64,000 nt of DNA from an uncultured Chloroflexia bacterium (lineage in GTDB: Bacteria > Chloroflexota > Limnocylindria > Limnocylindrales > CSP1-4): the NCBI GenBank assembly GCA_963804575.1, contig CAWDQY010000004.1:332-64331 (forward strand), in the 5' to 3' direction. The stretch's first letter is position 1. Every line of letters begins with the position of its first letter. Positions 58,474-64,000 of the stretch are shown piece after piece. Below the pieces are notes generated by a model. It had not been told where the DNA came from, did not search any database, and saw only the letters and a program-made list of their open reading frames with translations. The position numbers and the translations under genes are program-made.

Positions 58474-58637
58474 CGACCTGGTCCGGCGTCGCGCGGCTGC
58501 GGCGAAAAAGTAGGAGAGAGGAAAGAGAACCGAAGGAGAAAAACAAGCATGAGAAGACAGGGAGGAGGCGAGGGAAGCAAAGGAAGAAGAAGTTGAGACG
58601 ACCTGTAGCAATGAAAAACGACCTGGTCCGGCGTCGC
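58474..58637. other. 126-nt purine-rich, low-GC insert (58493-58618) bracketed by perfect 19-bp direct repeats CGACCTGGTCCGGCGTCGC (58474-58492 and 58619-58637)
   Basis: Direct reading of the sequence. My hand count for 58504-58613 gives about 47% G+C and about 84% purine on the plus strand, against an about 70% G+C background. Confidence 0.9.
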
Positions 58638-59454
58638 CCGGTGCCCTGGCCTGACTGCCACGAACGTCAGACTCACGGCGATGAGCGTGATGATGCCGAC
58701 CACGATGACCGGCACCAGCACGACCTCCTCGCCGTCCACGGCCGAGTATGCGAAGACACCCAGCACCGCCAGGCCGATGAGCACCAGGAACACCAGCGCG
58801 GGCAGCGCCGTGGCAGCGGCGCGGGAGTCGTCGCGCAGCAGCCGCACGCCGCCGTAGGCCACGACCGGCAGGGCGAAGGCGAGATCGAGCGCCCAGATCG
58901 GGTTGGTGGGCAGGCCTGCACGGGCGAGCGTCTCGGTGGGGCCGTCAGCCGTGACGGCGGCGGCGATCTCGCTCGCCCACAGCAGGCCGAACACGATCGG
59001 CACCGCGATGAGGAAGATGCCGCTGCCGCGGCGAGGGAGGCGCGAGGCGATCGCCCCCAGCGCCGCTGGGTCGCCGGTGCGCCCGATGCCCAGCACCAGC
59101 GCCCACGCAGACAGGCCCAGGATGGCGAGGTAGAGCGGCGTGGCCGGATTGGGTGCCACGGTGAAGGCGAAGATGGCGTAGCTGTAGGCCACGTACCCGA
59201 GAGCGCCGATCACCGCCAACCGCGCCGGTACCGAGCCGGCGCGGGCGCGCCGAGCCGAGCGCGATCGCCAGCAGCGGCACCGCGAACAGCAGCGTGATCA
59301 CGTCGGTAGCCCGCGCCTCGCGCGTCCAGGACTGGGTGTCTCGATAGAGGTCGGGCGCCAGGAGGCCAGCCAGCGAGGCGACCGTGGCCAGGACGAGTGC
59401 ACCCGCGGCGAACGCGGATGGCAGGCCGACGCGCGTGTGCCACGGTTGGCTCAT
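58620..59454 (-). pseudogene. Hypothetical multi-TM membrane protein A, frameshift near 59225; its stop was lost because of the downstream insert
   Basis: The N-terminus MSQPWHTRVGLPSAFAAGALVLATVASLAG is in one frame, and the remainder (AVIGALGYVAYSYAIFAF...) is in ORF 58161..59219. That ORF now reads through the insert into gene B. Confidence 0.5.
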
Positions 59455-59679
59455 CTGTGCGATCCGGTAGTACGGCGCATGACATCTCCTGGGGGCGTTG
59501 CTGACGGCTCGATGGTCGTGGCCAGGCAGGTCACGGGGACAGGGCCGGACGGACCCGGATGACGGCACATGCGGCACCGGACGTACCCACCTGAGGCACC
59601 GTGGCATCGGGACGGTCGGCCCTACCCGGGTTCCGGGGAGCCGGTAGTGTCGGGACTTCGAGCGAGCACAGGAGGCCCC

Positions 59680-60700
59680 ATGACGCTGACCGCGCGCGAA
59701 CGCGTGCTGCGAACGCTCCGGCACGAGCCGGTCGACCGACTGCCGACGCAGGTCAACTACACGACCACGATGGGGCAGCGCATGTCCGAGCACTTCGGCG
59801 TGAGCGCAGAGGTACTGCCGGCGCGACTGGGCAACCACCTGGTGCGCGTGGGCCTCACGTATGAACCACGCCTGAGCGCCGACGGCAAGGCTCGCTACGA
59901 CTGGTGGGGGGCGGGGCACGACACGCAGGAGGAGGGTTACTACATCCGCGAGGCACCACTGTCGGAACGGCGTGATCTCGATGCCTTCGACTGGCCCGAT
60001 CCACGCGCGCCGGGCCTGCTGCTGGACGCCGAGCGCGTGCGAGCCGCCACCGGCGACGAAGCCTTCGTCATCCCCGATCTGGGTTGGGCGCTCTTCGAGC
60101 GAGCCTGGTCGCTGCGCGGCTTCGAGAACACGCTCCTGGAGCTCGCCGCCGACCCCGCCTACCTGGGTGAGCTGATGGATCGCATCGTGGATATCCGGCT
60201 CGTGCTCATCGAGCGCTACATCGACCTCGGCGTCGATGGCGGCTACTTCGGCGATGACTACGGCGCCCAGGCGGGCCTGCTGTTCTCGCCGGCCACCTGG
60301 CGCAGCCTCATCAAGCCACGCCTGGCGCGCTTGTTCGGACCCTTCGTCGAGCGGGGCCTGCCGGTGCTGATGCATTCGGATGGCAAGATCGACGACATCG
60401 TCCCCGACCTGCTCGAGATCGGCCTCACGGCGCTCAATCCTGTCCAGCCGGAGGTCCTCGACCACGCCTGGCTGGGGGCCACGTTCGGCGGCCGGCTGGC
60501 CTTCTATGGCGGCATCTCCACCCAGACCGTGCTGCCGCGCGGGACGCCGGCCGAGGTGCGCGAAGCCGCGGCTGCCTGCCGCCGGGCCCTCGCGCCCGGG
60601 GGCACCGGCCTGCTACTGGCGCCATCGCATCGACTGATGACGGACATCCCGATGGACGAACGTGGAGGCCCTGCTGGAGGCCTTCGCCGAGGCAGTGCTG
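59680..60700 (+). pseudogene. Uroporphyrinogen decarboxylase (URO-D)-family protein (MtaA/CmuA-like), frameshift near 60656; the 3' end is uncertain
   Basis: ATG at 59680 follows AGGAGG. RERVLRTLRHEPVDRLP, GYFGDDYGAQ, MHSDGKI and LNPVQPE are typical URO-D family segments. The C-terminus NVEALLEAFAEAV is in another frame. Confidence 0.7.
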
Positions 60701-60704
60701 AGTC

Positions 60705-61916
60705 GTGGACATGCGCCGCCGCGAGGCCATCGAGCTGGAGTTCGTGAAGCTGTACGGCGGGCCTCCGACCGACTGGCTGCGTGCACCTGGTCGGGTGGAC
60801 CTGATGGGCAGCCACACCGACTACAACGATGGGCACGTGCTGACGATGACGGTCGACCGTGACACCTGGATCGCGGTGCGTCGTCGAGACGATCGCCGCG
60901 TGGCGATCGCCTCGCTGAACCTGCCCGGCACGGCCGACTTCAGCCTCGCTGCCATCGAACGCGACCCGGATGTGCCCTGGACCGATTACGTCCGCGGCGC
61001 GGCGCGGGTGCTGCAAGAGGACGGCACCGACCTCGCCGGCTTCGACGCGTTGCTGCACAGCAGCGTGCCGTTCGGCAGCGGCCTCTCATCGTCGGCCGCG
61101 ATCGAGATCGCCACGTTGCTCGCCTTCGATGCCGTCGGCGGCAGCCACCACGAGCCGCTGGAGCTGGCCATCCTCGGACAGCGCGTGGAGAACGAGTTCG
61201 TGGGTGTCAGCTGCGGCATCCTCGACCAGTACACCTCGGTGCTGGGGACCGCCGGCCATGCCCTGCTGCTCGACTGCCGGGCGCTGCGCAGCCGCCCCGT
61301 GGCCATCGCCGCCGACCTGGCGGTCGTCATCTGCGACACGCGCGCCCCGCGGCAGCTGGCCGGGTCCGAGTACGACGAGCGGCGGGCCCAGTGCGAGGCC
61401 GGCGCGGCCCACATCGCGGCATCGACCGCGGAGGCGGCGGCGACCAAGACCGCGGGGACGCCGGCCATCACGGCCCTGCGTGACGTCAGCCTGGAGCTGT
61501 TCGAGGCACACGAGGCGGAGCTGCCGGCGGTGGTGGCCCGGCGCTGCCGCTTCATCCTCGAGGAGGACCGCCGCGCGCTCGACCTGGCGGAGGTGCTCCC
61601 GAGCGGCGACCGGGCGGCCCTGGCACGGCTGTTCGAGGCCTCCTTCAGGGGTGCCATCGAGCTGTTCGAGATCGGGGCGCCTTCGATGCTCGCCATGCAC
61701 CAGGCGATGGACGATGCACCAGGGCTGGTGGCACGGCGACAGGCGGGCGCCGGCTTCGGCGGCTGCCTGGTGGCACTGGTGGAGCGTGAGGCCGTCGAAG
61801 CATTCAGCGCGTACGTGGGACGCGCCTATGCCAGCGCGACTGGGATCGAGCCCAGCGTCTTCGCGGTGGAGGCCGCAGCCGGTGCCGGTCCGCTGACCAG
61901 CCCTCGGGGTCGCTGA
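60705..61916 (+). CDS. galK: Galactokinase (GHMP kinase family)
   Basis: The galactokinase signature GRVDLMGSHTDYNDG, the GHMP ATP motif PFGSGLSSSAA, then ENEFVGVSCGILDQ and GAGFGGC. Confidence 0.88.
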   Translation: MDMRRREAIELEFVKLYGGPPTDWLRAPGRVDLMGSHTDYNDGHVLTMTVDRDTWIAVRRRDDRRVAIASLNLPGTADFSLAAIERDPDVPWTDYVRGAARVLQEDGTDLAGFDALLHSSVPFGSGLSSSAAIEIATLLAFDAVGGSHHEPLELAILGQRVENEFVGVSCGILDQYTSVLGTAGHALLLDCRALRSRPVAIAADLAVVICDTRAPRQLAGSEYDERRAQCEAGAAHIAASTAEAAATKTAGTPAITALRDVSLELFEAHEAELPAVVARRCRFILEEDRRALDLAEVLPSGDRAALARLFEASFRGAIELFEIGAPSMLAMHQAMDDAPGLVARRQAGAGFGGCLVALVEREAVEAFSAYVGRAYASATGIEPSVFAVEAAAGAGPLTSPRGR

Positions 61917-62357
61917 CGACGAGCGGTGAGCCCTTCCTCGTGCCAGTCCATGCCCGCGGGCCGTGCTCCGCTCTCGGCGCCCTAACCCAGGGGGACTAGA
62001 CGAGCCGCCGGGCCATGGGCACGGGTCCGCTGATGGCCATCTCATGCCCCGGGGGGACTGGCACGGACGATCCGGGGTCGATCTGAGTCTGCACCGACTA
62101 GGATGGCGTCCAGCCGGCCCACTGCGGTCTCGACAGAGGCCCGCGGGACCCTCGGGAGCGTCATCCGGTGGCCAATGTAGTCTCCGTGGGATAGCCACCC
62201 GCAGCGGCCCCCGATCCGGTTCACAGCGGCCCTCCAACCTGGCTCACGACCAGCCCCCAACCCGTTGACGCGGAGCAGCGGAGCAATACACTTACCGACC
62301 ACGGAGCCATCCGGCGCTGTTGCCGGGGGCGTGTGTTCTCGATGGAGGATGTGCGCG

Positions 62358-63540
62358 ATGGGAGCCACGACTCGAGCCCGTGGGCGGGCACCACTCATGT
62401 CGACCTGCGCCGCGCTGGCGCTGACGATCGCCGCCACGATCCCGGCGGCGGCCGCAGAGGAGTCACCCAGTCCAGGGCCTTCGATGGCGCCCGTAGCTGA
62501 CGCGTCGGCATGGGAGGCCAGTGAACTCGTCGATGCCCAGGCCATCACCAGCGGTCACGGTCGTTTCGTGGCGGTCGGCAGCGACGGCAGCTTCCCCTCA
62601 CAGGCGGCGGCTTGGACGTCGAGTGACGGCCTGACCTGGGAGCCGGCGACCGTCGTGTCCCCGGAAGCGGGCACGCTGATGACGACAGTCACAGCCGTCG
62701 AGGACGGCTTCGTCGCGTTCGGCAGCGCGTCGACCACGGGCGGGCCAGATCCCGACCAGGTCGCCGCGTGGCACTCGGCCGACGGAACCTCCTGGGAGCG
62801 CGCCGACATCACGCGCGACGCCAAGTCGGGCCTGGGCGCCGCGGCACGGGCGGTCTCCGATGGGCCCAACGGCCCGCTGGCGCTGGGGGTCTTCTTCGGC
62901 CAGGACGTGGATTCGCATCGACTGTGGCGTTCGGATGACGGCGTCAGCTGGGAACCGACCCCGCTGCCGAAGGGCGACTTCCTGTGGTCGACGATCATGG
63001 CCACCCCGGATGAGTACCTGCTCATCGGACAGAAGCCGGGCGGCAGATCGTCCAACTGGCGCTCGGTCGATGGCCTGACCTGGGAGCGGCTGGCCGATTC
63101 CCCGCGCATGGTCGATGCCGCCGCGGCGCCCGATGGGACGGTCGTCGGCGTTGGCCAGAACGACATCTGGCGGTCGACCGACCTGCAGGGCTGGGACTCG
63201 GTCTGGACCAACCCGGAGGCATGGGAGCTCGATGGTTCGGATGCCTTCCAGTGGGTCGACTGGGCGGGCGACCACTTCGCGGTGGTCGGACTCGACTTCA
63301 GCGGCTGCGCCCCCAACACCGATGAGTGCGCGACGAGCCCCCTGCTGCTCTCCTCCGACGGCCAGACATGGGTCGGAGGCGGCCGGACCCGACGGCTTGC
63401 CCGGACCGGATCCAGCGACCCTCCTCTCTGGCTCCGCTGCACTCGATGCGACGACCGTCGTCCTCGGTCAGGTCGGCGGCGGACCGCCGCTCGCCTGGCT
63501 GGTCGAGGGAGATCCCATGGCCGCCGGCCCAGCCGAGTAG
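62358..63540 (+). pseudogene. Secreted Asp-box (BNR-like) beta-propeller repeat protein, frameshift near 63375
   Basis: Signal peptide MGATTRARGRAPLMSTCAALALTIAATIPAAAA. Repeated SxDGxxW motifs (SSDGLTWE, SADGTSWE, SDDGVSWE, SVDGLTWE, STDLQGWD, SSDGQTWV). The C-terminus is in ORF 63115..63540. Confidence 0.7.
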
Positions 63541-63722
63541 GGCGGGCATCGCGGCGTCTGTTCGGCAGGCGGGGGCACGGTCGAGCAGTCGGGTCGGGTA
63601 GGGTCGGCGGCTGGGCGGCATCGGCGGTGCTGTGCCCCATGCGCTCATCGCCGCGACCGCCATCGAGCAAGCTGCACGCTCGTGACCCGAAACCGCGCCG
63701 ACTTCGCTGGCATCAAACAGCT

Positions 63723-63805
63723 CCGCGGCGCACGCCGGCGTCTCGTCCGCGGCGCCGGCGTGTCGTCCGCGGCATCGGCGGTGTTCCGCGGCGCCGGCGT
63801 GTCGT
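63723..63805 (+). repeat. Four tandem 19-24-bp units beginning with CCGCGG (array D)
   Basis: CCGCGG at 63723, 63747, 63767 and 63786. Units 2 and 4 are identical (CCGCGGCGCCGGCGTGTCGT). Confidence 0.8.
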
Positions 63806-64000
63806 CCCGCTTGTGGACTATCGTCGCTCCCGGCGACCGTAGTCCCACTCGTAGTCACCCTGGACGTCCGATCGCTGGCTCGAGCGGCCTTGACGGTCCG
63901 CGGTCTCACGCTCAGTGGCCGGGATCTCACGCACGGTGGAGCATGCCAAGAGGACGAGAGTCGCTACAGGTCCGCCAACGCAGGAGCGATGTGAGTCTAG

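Noticed and set aside
58493-58618. Insertion sequence or MITE as the explanation for the purine-rich insert
   Set aside because: It has no terminal inverted repeats and no transposase. The strand composition is strongly asymmetric, and the 19-bp flanking repeat is longer than typical target-site duplications. It is kept as an unexplained finding rather than called an IS.

Overview
High-G+C (about 70% by eye) bacterial chromosomal segment. Gene content and codon usage look like Actinomycetota, but the taxon cannot be fixed from sequence alone.

Layout from left to right:
1. 1-4629: the right end of an integrated AICE/prophage-like element. It carries a Prim-Pol replicase, a RepA-like ATPase, a GTCGCG iteron array and a decayed large serine recombinase, and it abuts tRNA-Pro(CGG).
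2. 4976-15295: housekeeping and transport genes. These include a MacB-type ABC pair, an MFS transporter, a phosphoribosyltransferase, ppc, a VapBC pair and an MBL-rhodanese gene.
3. 15454-29214: a sugar catabolic cluster. A six-gene translationally coupled operon (PHP protein, class II aldolase/SDR fusion, atypical long MDR dehydrogenase, DeoR regulator, FGGY kinase, ketose 3-epimerase) converges on a 4-gene sugar ABC importer.
4. 29462-38385: central metabolism and signalling genes (glnA, resB, a Cys/Met PLP enzyme, a GGDEF protein).
5. 38553-47856: an accessory patch around tRNA-Pro(UGG). It holds a Zn-ribbon plus sulfotransferase pair, a Phd-RelE module, a DUF5661-like gene, a duplicated tRNA 5' half, a META x3/PASTA protein, a DUF1269-H3TH protein and a second VapBC pair.
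6. 47928-63540: a GH13 enzyme, small membrane proteins, a two-component system, pckG, a URO-D-like gene, galK and an Asp-box propeller protein.

The most unusual signals are non-coding:
- A 126-nt purine-rich, low-GC insert bracketed by perfect 19-bp direct repeats sits exactly at an ATGA-overlapped gene junction (58474-58637).
- Two oppositely oriented 19-bp tandem arrays flank a nested palindrome between convergent genes (23745-24254). Related CCGCGG-phased arrays occur at 29.4 kb and 63.7 kb.
- A 50-bp duplication of the 5' half of tRNA-Pro(UGG) brackets a 1.29-kb TA islet.

About 25 conserved genes are interrupted by frameshifts, many at short G/C runs. Sequence quality is therefore a live alternative to genuine pseudogenisation. 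No rRNA, CRISPR array or transposase was seen. All domain and family names come from my reading of the translated ORFs, not from database searches.
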